IMG/VR virus record: IMGVR_UViG_3300037247_000947
Span: 1 to 55,629 of that record
Source of the DNA: a virus
Lineage: Duplodnaviria > Caudoviricetes
DNA length: 55,629 nucleotides
Strand: one strand, 5' to 3'
Positions 25,027 to 35,900 of this stretch are shown here, piece by piece (the first letter of the stretch is position 1; every line of letters begins with the position of its first letter). A program made the position numbers and the translations under genes. The notes below the pieces were generated by a model. The model did not search any database. It saw only the letters and a program-made list of their open reading frames with translations, and had not been told where the DNA came from.

Positions 25027-27087
25027 CTATGCAGGAATTGGAAGAATCTTGTGATAAAGTTTCAGAGCAATCAAGTTAGTATCCTTGGAGTCAATCGACT
25101 CAAGAGTAAGTTTTGCATTTCTCCCTTTCCCTCCTTTGGCAATCTTCTTATGACCGGACTGGAAACCAAACGAACTTGACCCCCAGTTAAAGTTCCCCCA
25201 TGTCCCCTGACCCCAAATCAACCATGTACTATCAATTGCAACCGTTCCGGAACCAAGGATAAACTGTTTAGTCCTTTCAAACTCGTTATCATTAAACGAC
25301 ACGGTCGTCTCCATTGTAATTCCTGACGACTCGGCAATCAGCGAAAGTGAATTGACCAGTTTCTCGCTCCACTCGTGACCAAAGTGAATATCTCCCGTTG
25401 CGAGTTGTGTATTGATATTATAAGATGTCGAAGCATCATATTCAGTCTTATTGATAAAGTCCGCCGACCCCGCAAAGTCATGTTCCATAATATACTTGTT
25501 AGTATTATCAGCGGAATACAACCCACCGTCAAATGACTGCAAGTCATTGGCGCTCCAGTTAAGGGAAGTCCAGCCTCCCGTTTGTCCTTGCAACAACATC
25601 CTTGTTCCGTTCTTCACATCCCAGACTATCGTAGCAGTATTAACAGTCTGGTTAGGTCCTGTTATTGAAAGGTAGTACCTGTCCTTGTGAAACTTTCCGA
25701 TAGACTTGTCTCGATAGGCCACGGGGATAGCGGCAATCTTATCTCTAATCGGGTCTCCTACAGGCCACGGCAAATCACCGGTAGTAGGATTGAAGCTATT
25801 AAAGTTGGCCCAATAGATATTCCCATCAAATTGCCACATCAAACCATTTCCGACATCGACAATAGAGGTAAAGGAATCACAACCTATCTCGCAAACCTTT
25901 ACCGGCTTGGGATACTTGTCAACATCTCCCTCCGGCGTTACATATATCTGCTCCTCGGTAAACCAGTAGACATCTTTGCGAAAGGCAACAGGGCCAACCA
26001 GAGGGTCAGGGAAGTATGCAAAGTTTTCAGCGGGGAAGAAATCAGGATTTCCCTTCCTCGAATAAACTCCTTTGTTCGTCAGTGCCCCTGACGAGTTAAT
26101 CCCTATCCCCCATAGCCTCCCATCCTGTTCCAGAGGATTCTTCAATCTCGGAGGTGTCCCTGCATCTATATCAGGTTCAGCGCCTTCCTCACCGTTAGGA
26201 CGATTATCAGTATAAGTATCGCCGGAGGTGAAGAATCCGACAAACTCAAACGGTCCAGTAGCCTGCCCCGCAGGTGAGCGATAAACATTACACTTACTAA
26301 TCCCTGATGGAAAAGCACTTCCTGAAAGGTCTATATTCAGCGAACAGGCAACAGGGTTGGCGGCAGTTGCATTGCTAAGATCGGCAGAGGTCAGTGCTGC
26401 TGATGGGCCCGACTCACCATATTTTGTTGAAGTTCCACTGTCGTCATAAAAGTAAGTAAACTTGTAAGTATAGACGCCGCCGAGAGTGATTCCTCTATCG
26501 CCAGCACCGAGAGTATTATCCTCAGTTCCCGCCTCCGCTCCTTCAAAAGACGGGACAGCCAAGCCGAGCGCCGTTGAGGCAGTATCCACAGTTCCGACCC
26601 AGCGCTGAGGAGCATCTTTACCGTTGCAAAAGAGAAGGTCTTCCGCCTCATTAACACTATATTTTACAAATCTCGATATGTATCCATCGGTAAGGTCTGC
26701 CTTGATTGAAGTCCCGCCTCCCTCACCTGCCCACCTGTTGTTAGATTCATCATAAACACTAACTTCAGTATTACCTCCGTTGTCCCAACAGGCGACGCGA
26801 TAATCACTTCCTCTTAGCTCGACTATCTTGAATGACAACGGAGGAGCTGTGTTGGGAAGGATAGTATCTTCAGAAGCAACCAGCCAAGGTCGGAAAGGCC
26901 CTCGTGTAAGGAGTGTCCTGTTTGGTTGATGGTAGTAATTCAACAGAACGGTAAACTGGTCTTTCCTCAGTGCACTGGAAGGCTCGGCAGTATTCAGACC
27001 ACCTGAGAAGTCTTCTATCGAATAGGGAAGCCACTGGGTAGCTTCTTCAGTAACAGGTTGTGGTCGAAATGGAGCTGTTGTAAACAT
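25027..27087 (-). CDS. Tail tubular protein B / DNA-stabilisation (nozzle) protein
   Basis: DFSGGLN start, NGKDAP, beta-propeller-like, WGxxxWG near the end; follows adaptors. Confidence 0.7.
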   Translation of the reverse strand: MFTTAPFRPQPVTEEATQWLPYSIEDFSGGLNTAEPSSALRKDQFTVLLNYYHQPNRTLLTRGPFRPWLVASEDTILPNTAPPLSFKIVELRGSDYRVACWDNGGNTEVSVYDESNNRWAGEGGGTSIKADLTDGYISRFVKYSVNEAEDLLFCNGKDAPQRWVGTVDTASTALGLAVPSFEGAEAGTEDNTLGAGDRGITLGGVYTYKFTYFYDDSGTSTKYGESGPSAALTSADLSNATAANPVACSLNIDLSGSAFPSGISKCNVYRSPAGQATGPFEFVGFFTSGDTYTDNRPNGEEGAEPDIDAGTPPRLKNPLEQDGRLWGIGINSSGALTNKGVYSRKGNPDFFPAENFAYFPDPLVGPVAFRKDVYWFTEEQIYVTPEGDVDKYPKPVKVCEIGCDSFTSIVDVGNGLMWQFDGNIYWANFNSFNPTTGDLPWPVGDPIRDKIAAIPVAYRDKSIGKFHKDRYYLSITGPNQTVNTATIVWDVKNGTRMLLQGQTGGWTSLNWSANDLQSFDGGLYSADNTNKYIMEHDFAGSADFINKTEYDASTSYNINTQLATGDIHFGHEWSEKLVNSLSLIAESSGITMETTVSFNDNEFERTKQFILGSGTVAIDSTWLIWGQGTWGNFNWGSSSFGFQSGHKKIAKGGKGRNAKLTLESIDSKDTNLIALKLYHKILPIPA

Positions 27088-27178
27088 AAAGTATCGTGAG
27101 AAATGTTATAGAAAATGTTAGCAATAACTCTTTGCTGATAATAGAGTTATATTGACTTATGCTGAAAAGATGTTAAAT

Positions 27179-27209
27179 AAAAAAGGCTGCCTAAGCCAAG
27201 CAGCCTTTT
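27179..27209 (-). terminator. Intrinsic terminator (possibly bidirectional)
   Basis: AAAAGGCTGC...GCAGCCTTTT with A/T tracts on both sides. Confidence 0.65.
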
Positions 27210-27242
27210 AGAAAGGATACCAATATGAGTCAGTTTATTATG

Positions 27243-27326
27243 TTACTTCTTCTTTCCCTTACTGGTACTGGGTTTCTTGTGACCTGGTTTGCTCTTGTAC
27301 GTGCTTTTTCCTGATTTATGAGCCAT
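27243..27326 (-). CDS. 27-aa lysine-rich peptide
   Basis: MAHKSGKSTYKSKPGHKKPSTSKGKKK with GGGAG RBS. Confidence 0.5.
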   Translation of the reverse strand: MAHKSGKSTYKSKPGHKKPSTSKGKKK

Positions 27327-27376
27327 TATTTGCTCCCTTCAAAAAACACATTTAGTAACTTTTATGTTGGACGACA

Positions 27377-27634
27377 CTATCTTGGATAGCAAGAAGTGCC
27401 TCCATCGCATGCTTGTACTGCCTTACCAATTCTCATGCGAGCATCTTCAAGGTGGCGGTAAGCAAGCTGAATATTTGCTTGCATTTCACCTTGCTGCCCA
27501 ACGTAATTCTCATCTTTACTAAAATCACTGTGGGCTTTAAGCGTGAGGGTACTTACTTTTACTGCTTCGATTACTTTTCTAATGCTAAAACAGTTTTCCT
27601 TGAAACCCAGTTCTTGTGCTTGTGCTTCTGCCAT
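27377..27634 (-). CDS. Acb2/Tad1-like helical-hairpin protein (candidate)
   Basis: LAYRHLEDARMRIGKAVQA resembles the LAxTxLExAxMWxxKA helix. Confidence 0.4.
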   Translation of the reverse strand: MAEAQAQELGFKENCFSIRKVIEAVKVSTLTLKAHSDFSKDENYVGQQGEMQANIQLAYRHLEDARMRIGKAVQACDGGTSCYPR

Positions 27635-27649
27635 TTTCTTTCCTTTCAA

Positions 27650-28252
27650 TTATCTTGCATTACCTTCGAGTTTCCATTTATTCAGCGCGAACGCCGACTG
27701 CCTCAACTTCTCATACTCTCCCATGCTCTTAGCTTCCAATGTAGTATCTCTCTGGGAGGCATAACACCTTGCCATTCCATACTGAACAATCGCAGGCTTC
27801 CACTCATTGGGAAAATCAAACGTATCACTAACGGAAGACATCTCAGTAGAGAGCCTGATATAGAAAGCCTTCAAGGCATCCGAACCACTTGCACTGGTTG
27901 CTTTCAAATCAATATAAAGCACTCCTCCAAATTCATACCATGTCGTTGGAGTTCCAACACTTGCACCAAACTGATACGAAACCTCATGTCTATAAGTCCT
28001 GTAAAGTGGCACTCCTGCATACTCAATGGCAAAGATTATCAGAGGATTGGTAAGAGACGAGGACAGGGTGAATGAGAATGCCGACCCGTTGGTATCAATC
28101 GTCTGGGTATCTTGCAAACAACCGGTAGTCGCACAAAACTCTGCCGCTCCCCTGTTGATATACCTTAGAAGCTCGGTGGTACCAAAACTCACATCAGTAG
28201 TATCCTGAAGCTCATCTCTAATCTCAGCAATTACAGTTGTCCCTGTTGCCAT
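27650..28252 (-). CDS. Head-tail adaptor / tail tubular protein A
   Basis: IRDELQD...ELLRYINRG; PNEWKPAIVQY. Confidence 0.7.
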   Translation of the reverse strand: MATGTTVIAEIRDELQDTTDVSFGTTELLRYINRGAAEFCATTGCLQDTQTIDTNGSAFSFTLSSSLTNPLIIFAIEYAGVPLYRTYRHEVSYQFGASVGTPTTWYEFGGVLYIDLKATSASGSDALKAFYIRLSTEMSSVSDTFDFPNEWKPAIVQYGMARCYASQRDTTLEAKSMGEYEKLRQSAFALNKWKLEGNAR

Positions 28253-28974
28253 TAGATACTCCCGCTAATCCTTAACTCCGGTGCAACATAGCTTGTCCCT
28301 CTATTCTCTCGAAGTTGCACATGAGCAGGACCACTCCTCCCTCGTTGCTTCTCTCTAATATTCTTCAGTCTCTCCTCAAACCTCCCCTGATGTACTCTTC
28401 CATCCAATCCTAGACTTTCAAGAGCAATCGCCGTAGCCAAGCTTCTCAACATCCCGTGATACCATCCTGGAAGCACATCAGTCAAATTGGTACTAACCTC
28501 GTCCGGCATACTCTCGACCTTCAAGTTGATAGTATAAACTGCATTAGGAGTACTTCTGAGCAACATCCTCATCGTACCGGAACCGTCAGTATCAATCGCA
28601 TAGTAACTCGGATAGGTAGACTCGATGTCCTCGCCAGGATCGAAACGATAGAAGTCGGTAATCCCTCCTGAGAAATAAGTCAGGATATGTTTCTCAGCGA
28701 CAATCCTTACAGTTCCATCTATGACATTAACGACTGCCGAATCCAAGTCAACATATGCTTGACCGGCAACTGTAGCAATGGTAGTATCCGACATGATAGT
28801 CTTGGGAACATCAATACTTCTTTCGAGAGAAAAGTCAATCAAAGCCTCGTTGATGGCACCAAAGATAGCAAACCTGTCCTCAGCGGATATGAGAGCTACA
28901 TTGCCTCTCATTGCTCTGACAGTTCCTTCGATACTTCGCTGAAGGTCGTTCTTTGTCCTACTCCAAACTGCCAT
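28252..28974 (-). CDS. Second adaptor / tail tubular protein A-like
   Basis: AINEAL, TVAGQAY, PSYY, TPNAVYTI, PGWYH. Confidence 0.65.
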   Translation of the reverse strand: MAVWSRTKNDLQRSIEGTVRAMRGNVALISAEDRFAIFGAINEALIDFSLERSIDVPKTIMSDTTIATVAGQAYVDLDSAVVNVIDGTVRIVAEKHILTYFSGGITDFYRFDPGEDIESTYPSYYAIDTDGSGTMRMLLRSTPNAVYTINLKVESMPDEVSTNLTDVLPGWYHGMLRSLATAIALESLGLDGRVHQGRFEERLKNIREKQRGRSGPAHVQLRENRGTSYVAPELRISGSI

Positions 28975-29001
28975 TAGTTTATCTTCTCCAGTCTTATCAT
29001 C

Positions 29002-29475
29002 TCAAAAGTCATCGTTTTTTACACTGTCAGTCATTACTCTTCCACGCGTGGCATGGTATAATTCTTCACCGAATTCAGCACCGGCATTACTAACCGCACT
29101 TTCAACTCTCCTGCCCTCTTCCTCATCCTGTTTCTTCTTCATCTGTCTCAAAGACCTTGAAGTCAAAATGCTGTTATACTTAACATACTTGAAAGCCTCT
29201 CCGAAGCCACCAATACTAAAACTCCTAATTACCTCAACTTTCCCATAATGGTCATAGACAATCAACCATTGTTTCCGAACATGACTCCATCTGAGGTGAA
29301 GGTCGGAATCAAACTCTTCCAGCTTCTCCTGCCAGTATTCCTCCTGCCCTCCTCGCGCCTCTCTCGTAAACTTCTCAAGATAGTCTCTCATTCTCATAGA
29401 GACCCTTGTGGAAGGGCTAAAGGTAATATCAGCTATGTTGTTAAATTCAACAGCCATACTCTTACCATCCGTCAT
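29002..29475 (-). CDS. Hypothetical protein
   Basis: ORF in late operon. Confidence 0.55.
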   Translation of the reverse strand: MTDGKSMAVEFNNIADITFSPSTRVSMRMRDYLEKFTREARGGQEEYWQEKLEEFDSDLHLRWSHVRKQWLIVYDHYGKVEVIRSFSIGGFGEAFKYVKYNSILTSRSLRQMKKKQDEEEGRRVESAVSNAGAEFGEELYHATRGRVMTDSVKNDDF

Positions 29476-29556
29476 TATAAGGCTCGGTCAAAATAAACCA
29501 AGTGAGAAATATAAGAAGACACCATTGCAAAACAGTGCTAATCATCAGAATGGTTA

Positions 29557-29760
29557 TCATTGTTTTATCTCTTTCCACTTTATCCCGAAGAAGACCCAAT
29601 GCCAGAGCCGCCACCAACAGTTAGGACGAGGCATTGTAAAACTATAGCACATATCCTCTACAATGTACATCTCAGACCTATAGACTGGAACGCTAAGAGT
29701 ACATTTATCAATGAGGAGAGGCTCATCGGGAACAATAAGTAGCTGGTCTTTACTCACCAA
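29557..29760 (-). CDS. Trp-rich hypothetical protein
   Basis: PNCWWRLWHWVFFGIKW. Confidence 0.5.
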   Translation of the reverse strand: MVSKDQLLIVPDEPLLIDKCTLSVPVYRSEMYIVEDMCYSFTMPRPNCWWRLWHWVFFGIKWKEIKQ

Positions 29761-30262
29761 GTAGCTCTCTCATCTGAGCAACAGCACCTCTCTTGGCCAT
29801 TATCATATCACTCAACTGGTTGATGTTCTGCTGAAATGTTTGTCTTTTCCGAAGCAAGGTATCAAGGTCCTTTTCCTGCTCTTCAATCTTCTTCTCAATG
29901 TCAACACGGTCAATAGGTTTGGTCTCAACGTCCTTTGCTTTGTTCTCACTCGCCTTGGGACGTTTCGACTTGGGATTATCAACTACCGCTACCGGTGTTT
30001 GAGGAAACTTGATAGTCTCAATCTCGTTTCTCTCAGGAGCATTCTTCGGTGTTGCTATTACTGGAGCTATTCCACCTTGCTGGTCTGCAATCAAAACTGC
30101 CTTCGGGTCTCTCTCACCACACTTGTCACACAAATTAACTCTCTTATGCGGATACCCAGGCGTCCTTGGGTCATACTCCCTCGCCATCTCCGTAGTCTCA
30201 CATCTGTCACACTTCAACGTCATTGCTGTTTTCTCTGCTTCTTTTGGGTTTTCTTCAGTCAT
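29750..30262 (-). CDS. Hypothetical protein (Zn ribbon plus coiled coil)
   Basis: CDRC...CDKC; AAGGAG RBS. Confidence 0.6.
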   Translation of the reverse strand: MTEENPKEAEKTAMTLKCDRCETTEMAREYDPRTPGYPHKRVNLCDKCGERDPKAVLIADQQGGIAPVIATPKNAPERNEIETIKFPQTPVAVVDNPKSKRPKASENKAKDVETKPIDRVDIEKKIEEQEKDLDTLLRKRQTFQQNINQLSDMIMAKRGAVAQMRELLGE

Positions 30263-30376
30263 CAGAAACTCCTTAAAAAGTTACGGTTACATTTTTATGG
30301 TTAGGGACTCTTCATTTGAACAATAAGACAAAGTTGAAGAATCACTCATTCCCATTAGTCTTCCAGAACTAATTCC

Positions 30377-30580
30377 TTATGCACTTGAATATGTAGTATA
30401 CGTTGGCCATGCCCAAGACCACTGACAAGGATAATGGTCGTGATGATAGTGCTCCTCTCGTATAACCTTTTCGCCAAACAAACCATCAAGGGCGTCTTTT
30501 AACTTCTTGGCTTGCTCCATAGTCAGGGTTATTTCCTTCTTGCCCAAATCCAGTACCAGCTTCTTGATGACATTAGCCAT
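30377..30580 (-). CDS. Hypothetical protein, possibly prematurely stopped
   Basis: Frame stays open for 29 codons past TAA to 30287. Confidence 0.5.
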   Translation of the reverse strand: MANVIKKLVLDLGKKEITLTMEQAKKLKDALDGLFGEKVIREEHYHHDHYPCQWSWAWPTYTTYSSA

Positions 30581-31895
30581 TTGTTTCCCTTTCTTTACAG
30601 TAGTTATCAATTACCTGTGTACCTGAAAACGATTTCGGAATCGCCCACGAAGGCAACCCACCTTCAAGCACTTCGTTAATATCAACATAGTGTGTTGCAA
30701 AATTCTTCTCCACAGCTCCTGACCAAGCACACATAAGTTGCAAATGTCCTATCCAGACCTCAGCAAGAGCAACTTTTATCCCTGCCTTCTTACACTTAAT
30801 CCAAAAGTGGACATCAGCATCCTTATGCCCTCGATGCCAATCTCCTGCATCACTAGTCTTACTTTCAAACCAAGGCTTCTCCAGCTTCTCCGTCTCACTC
30901 AAGCGTATCATCGTCAGTCCAAAGTGAGCCGTATCAACATCTTTAACTCCATCAACAAACCCTCCCTTGGAAACAGTAACCATATCACCTTCAGGGTCAT
31001 TAAACATTCCTGACATTGGATATTTATTCCCTCTCCTCGCCTGGAGTGGAACCAGAATACCTACCTCTGGATGTATCTCCATCAAGCTATACAAGTCAAG
31101 AATATGATACATCGTATAGAACGTATCATAGTCTATTGCAAGTCCATACTTGTATCCTTTCTCAATCGCCTTCTCCAAGAGGTTCTCCATCCCCTGCTCC
31201 CAGAAGACGCCGCTAAACCTCTCACCATAAATCCCAAGTCCCTTGACGGCATTGATGGCCGAGAACATATTGTCAGTGAAGCAAAGGCGTGGCATCGACA
31301 TGAAGAACATCACATCTTTACTGATACTACTTTTACTTTCTTCTGTCACCGGAGGATTGACAGGAGTAGTGAGTTTCTTATTATAGGCAACAACGTTTAG
31401 GCTAATAAGCTCGTTGTCAACATCAATCTCGCTGCAATCGTGAAAGATACCCAGCTTTCTGACAACCTCACATTTGGCAAATCCAGCCTGTCTAATCATC
31501 TCGATGAGAAAGTCTTTATCAAACCCTATCTGGTGGGCATCATGTTCATCGACATGGCCCCCATAAATCATTGCAATGAATTTAACTCTCTCCTGTGGCG
31601 TATACTTCTCCTTGTCTAAAAACAACCTGCTTATGACATCAAGATTAGGGACACTCAGATACAATCGTCCTTCAGAGTCCAAGACACGTCGCCACTCCTT
31701 CAGTGCAGTCGGCATGTCCTTATAGTCAAAATGCTCAAGTACATGAGAAGCATAAACCTCCTCGAAAGTACGGTCTCTGAAACGGCTCAGGTCTTTAGCA
31801 TTACCGACATGGTCAACACCTGTCCTTGAGGCAATTGAGAATAGTTCCCAACCGTCTGCAACTACCTTGCCTCCGATATGAAGTCTTCTACTCAT
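30573..31895 (-). CDS. SAM-dependent methyltransferase fused to GT-A-like glycosyltransferase
   Basis: N-term LHIGG, ASHVLEH, WRRVL..GRLYLSVP; C-term IDYD (DxD), HFGLTMI, KPWF, DVHFW, IGH. Confidence 0.8.
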   Translation of the reverse strand: MSRRLHIGGKVVADGWELFSIASRTGVDHVGNAKDLSRFRDRTFEEVYASHVLEHFDYKDMPTALKEWRRVLDSEGRLYLSVPNLDVISRLFLDKEKYTPQERVKFIAMIYGGHVDEHDAHQIGFDKDFLIEMIRQAGFAKCEVVRKLGIFHDCSEIDVDNELISLNVVAYNKKLTTPVNPPVTEESKSSISKDVMFFMSMPRLCFTDNMFSAINAVKGLGIYGERFSGVFWEQGMENLLEKAIEKGYKYGLAIDYDTFYTMYHILDLYSLMEIHPEVGILVPLQARRGNKYPMSGMFNDPEGDMVTVSKGGFVDGVKDVDTAHFGLTMIRLSETEKLEKPWFESKTSDAGDWHRGHKDADVHFWIKCKKAGIKVALAEVWIGHLQLMCAWSGAVEKNFATHYVDINEVLEGGLPSWAIPKSFSGTQVIDNYCKERETNG

Positions 31896-31911
31896 TCCTT
31901 CTCTTCCTTTC

Positions 31912-32034
31912 CTACTTCATCAGATAGTAGATAAGAGCGTCTATTAAGTCAGGTTCCCCAACCCAAGCAAGTAATAACAAGACAAGGCCGGAGACGCCTC
32001 GTTGAATTGTCACTTCAATCTTGTCACTGTTCAT
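31912..32034 (-). CDS. 40-aa membrane peptide
   Basis: LVLLLLAWVGEPDLIDALIYYL with RBS. Confidence 0.5.
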   Translation of the reverse strand: MNSDKIEVTIQRGVSGLVLLLLAWVGEPDLIDALIYYLMK

Positions 32035-32053
32035 CTTCTTCCCTTTCCTAACT

Positions 32054-32665
32054 TTAGTAGTCTCCTAATGGAAACTCCCCGTCCCATCCCATCTTCCATC
32101 TTGAAAACAACTTCCCTTCCAAACATATAAGATTGATCGGCGTAACGGCAACAACAAAGTAATCCTTCTGTCTTGCCAATCTTAACATTGGGTACAAACC
32201 GGTTTGGTTCTGTCCCAAGGCTCCATCACTTCCTCTTATTGGAATAAAATCTGTCTCGACATACGGACTCCACTCAATGATAACAACCCTTGCCCGATAC
32301 CTGACCATATCCCCCCAAACATAGTATTCCTGCCCGTCAATATCAATGTTAAGCAGGTCAAACCTCTTGGGAAAACTCATCTGTTCCAAGAGATTGTCAA
32401 TCGTATTGTCTTTGGTAACAGTCTCTCTAAGACACTTTTCCGCCGGATATAGTTTTGTTAACTCTCGATGTCTCGCCGAATGTGGTTCAATAAAAGCGCC
32501 ATCCCATCCCACCTGTTCCATGAAGAACCGCGAATTGGAATTCAACTTTCCATCATGTGCACCTATATCACAAAGTATCTTATTCGTAGTCCCGATTTGA
32601 CGAAAGAGACCATCGACAAGGGCATCTTCATAAAACTGTGAGTAGTGCTTTGCTGTCCTTATCAT
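32054..32665 (-). CDS. FkbM-like methyltransferase
   Basis: YSQ..ED, DIGAHDG..SNS, IEP, DLLNIDIDG. Confidence 0.85.
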   Translation of the reverse strand: MIRTAKHYSQFYEDALVDGLFRQIGTTNKILCDIGAHDGKLNSNSRFFMEQVGWDGAFIEPHSARHRELTKLYPAEKCLRETVTKDNTIDNLLEQMSFPKRFDLLNIDIDGQEYYVWGDMVRYRARVVIIEWSPYVETDFIPIRGSDGALGQNQTGLYPMLRLARQKDYFVVAVTPINLICLEGKLFSRWKMGWDGEFPLGDY

Positions 32666-32879
32666 CTCTTTCCTTTTTGTTTCTCTCTCTTTTAATCAGA
32701 GCTTCAAAAATCTTCTGCCCCCTGTTTGCAGTAATCGTTTCTTCATAAACAGCCCTTGCAATCATGGCAACCTCCCCAGGCAATACTCCAAGTTCCCAGA
32801 CAGTACATTCATACTTCTTAGCATATCTCAACCCCGTCTGTGTTATCAAATTGGCACAAATCTTGGGAAAGCTAGTCAT
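32628..32879 (-). CDS. Hypothetical protein
   Basis: ORF between spike and MTase genes. Confidence 0.45.
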   Translation of the reverse strand: MTSFPKICANLITQTGLRYAKKYECTVWELGVLPGEVAMIARAVYEETITANRGQKIFEALIKRERNKKERDDKDSKALLTVL

Positions 32880-32950
32880 AAGAGGCCAGACTACTATAGA
32901 GCCTGGCCCCTTGTCAAGTATAAAATTAAAAAACTTTCAAAAGTCTAAGT

Positions 32951-35900
32951 CTAACTCAAAGCAGCAGTTGAGACCCAGGTAGTACCACTTTCACAAACCC
33001 AGAGTACCGAAGCATCCTGCTCATAGTAAATCGCTCCCGTAGTCCCAGTCTTACTACCATCAGGACTTGAGGAAGCATGGGTGGGAAGCACAAGACCTGA
33101 AAAACTGGTAGTATTCAGATTACAGGTAATCGTTGCTGTCCCTGTCTGAGTCAGGACACCTGCCGAACTAATACTTACATAGTTGGTCTTGTCACCGATA
33201 TAGACATTACTCGATGGTACAATCTGAAGCTGTGTTTGGTCCCATGTGATATAACAATCGGTAGTACCTGCGTCGCCAAATTGGAGAATATCATCATCTT
33301 CAATCTGGAGGTCAAAACCATTGAACTTACAAAGCAGGGCGCTATCATCGGTGTCAAAGGTGACTGTATTGGTTGTCGTCCCGCCAGCGATTATCACATC
33401 CACATTGGTTGGGTCGCCGAAGATAATTGTGTTATTGACAGATGCCCCTGTTATCATCAACTGTGTTTGGTCCCAAGTCATTGTAATATCACTTGCATCG
33501 CCGAACTTTACAACGTCATCGTCCTTCATGTGAAGGTCAAATCCGTCAAACTCGCAAACAAGAGCACTATCATCGGTATCGAATGTCACGTTGTTCGTAG
33601 TGGTTCCACCGCAGATAATCAAATCAAGATTAGTCGGGTCGCCTATTCTTATTGGATTATTAGCTGTGGCGCCGGTTATCATCAACTGGGTCTGATCCCA
33701 GGTCATCGTGATGTCGTTAGCATCGCCAAACTGGATGATGTCATCATCTTGAAGTCCAATATCATAACCATCTAAGAGTAGTTCAGCGGCACCGGAATCG
33801 AAGGAGGCAAATTTTGCCGCATCATCGGCATAGATATTAAAGTCCATACCGGCGGTTGCACCAATCTTGATTATTCCAACACCTTGGGACGCCGGTTCGA
33901 TAAGCAGGTTCGTCTGGTCCCAGACGATGGTAACGTCACTGGTGGTTCCAAAGGCCAACTTGGCGTCATCCTGGAACTCAAGCATATCAGATGCCTGGAC
34001 CCAGAGAAGGTCACTTCCAGCAGTGTCTCCATAGAATCGAACAGCAAGACCCTTACCGGACTCGCCGAGCAGAAGATTCTTGCCTGTTGCAGAAATCTCT
34101 CGTATGTACAGGTTAGAGCCGTCGGAGTCCATCTTGAAGTCACCAGCATTGGAGCTACCTGTACCAAAGAGCAATTCAACATTGTCGTTGAGGCTAATTT
34201 GTGCCGCACCTGCAAATACAAGCTGGTCAGCAGACTCGTCCCAAAGCATCTGGGCACTGGCTGACTCACCGTAGAACAAAACATCCATACCTTCGTCATC
34301 GGCACCGATGCGAATCTGGTTGCCGGTACCGGTAATATTCAACCTCGTCTGGTCCCAGCTTATCTCGACATCGGGAGAAGCAGCGGTTCCGCCGAAACTA
34401 AGAACAGCATCATCCAGGAATCCAAGAGTATTCTCCGAGGAATCCCAGTGGGCGTCCTTACCTGCACCGCCACCATGATAAATCCAGTCGGTGTTAACTG
34501 TTAAACCAACGTCGACAGTATCATTAGCTGCCGCAGCATCAATCGCCATATTTGACGTGGCCGAATCATACTGGAAAACAAAGTCATCAGAGTTACCAAA
34601 TCGCAACTCTTCATCATCACCAAAGGAGAAGTTGCCAATATCAAAAGCACCACTGACAGTCAAAGTCCCTGTGATATTGAGGTCTCCGACCATGTCAACC
34701 TCACTGTTAGTATCATCCCATACAAAGTAAGCATCGGCATCCGAGCCAAAGTATAGTCTCGCATCGTCGTCAAGTCTCAGGTCAACATCAATCATATCCA
34801 TTCTGGAATTGTCCTCATCCCAATAGACATAATTAGTTGCATCCTCGGTGTACCAATACATATCGAAACCACCACCGGAGACTCCGAAGTCAAGTTGCTC
34901 GTCATCTCCGGTTATCCGAAGAATATTAGGACTTCCGGCAATGTTCTGGATGGTGAAGTCATTGCTCGTTCCGAAGCGAAGGAGAGCCTCGTCATCGAGG
35001 TCAATATTCACATCGAGAAAATCAACAAGCTCATTGTCCTCATCAAAGAAAACATGGTTGCCAGAGGTTTCGGTATACCAGTAAACATCCATTCCGGCAC
35101 CGGCAGCGCCAATGTCAAACTGCTGGTCGTCGCCGAGCAGCTTCAAAATGTTTGGCGAGCCGGAAGTATTGCCCAGAGTAAAGTCCTGACTATCACCAAG
35201 ACGAATGAGGTCTCCATCTCCGAGGTCAAGATCGATGTTATCGAAAATTAGTGACCCGACAGAGTCAGCGCCCCCATCGCCATCAAAGTGCATGAAGTTT
35301 GACGTAGCGGTATTACCGATAAACATAACATCCACTTCATAGGTTCCGTCCCCGAACTGGACTTGCTCTACTGCGGCAGTGCCTTGGATTAACATCCCGT
35401 TTCCGGCAGTTCCAGGGGCACCATCGTTAAAACTAATAGTCATATCCGTACTCGTACCGAGCGAGATATTATCATTATCAGTCTTCAGTGTAAGCCCCGA
35501 ACCATCGATAACACCGGCAGATGTAATTGCCCAAGTATCAGACGTCCCTTGGATGTCGTCACTTGCCTGTGCGCTGGTAATCTGGATAGAAGCCGCAGTA
35601 CCGGCATCGGTCATTTCAAGACAGTGGATATCGCTTCCGGTATCGTTATTATCAAGCAATAGAAGCTGTCCATTGGTTGAGATGATAGCATTGTCAGCCT
35701 CAATCTCAATTCCGCCTGAAAATCCGGAATCAATAGTAATCTTGGTTCCTATATTAGCAGCAGCATCGAGTGAGCCGGAACCAATTCCGCTCATCCCTGC
35801 CGGAGACCAGTTTGAACCATCATAAGTTCTCAACTGGTTGAGGGTAGTGTTATAGTAGCCATCACCCTCGGTTGCGGAAGCCTTGTTCCGCGCGGTAAGA

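Noticed and set aside
33175-35300. DGR template/variable repeats
   Set aside because: The repeats are in-frame protein repeats, and no reverse transcriptase is present.
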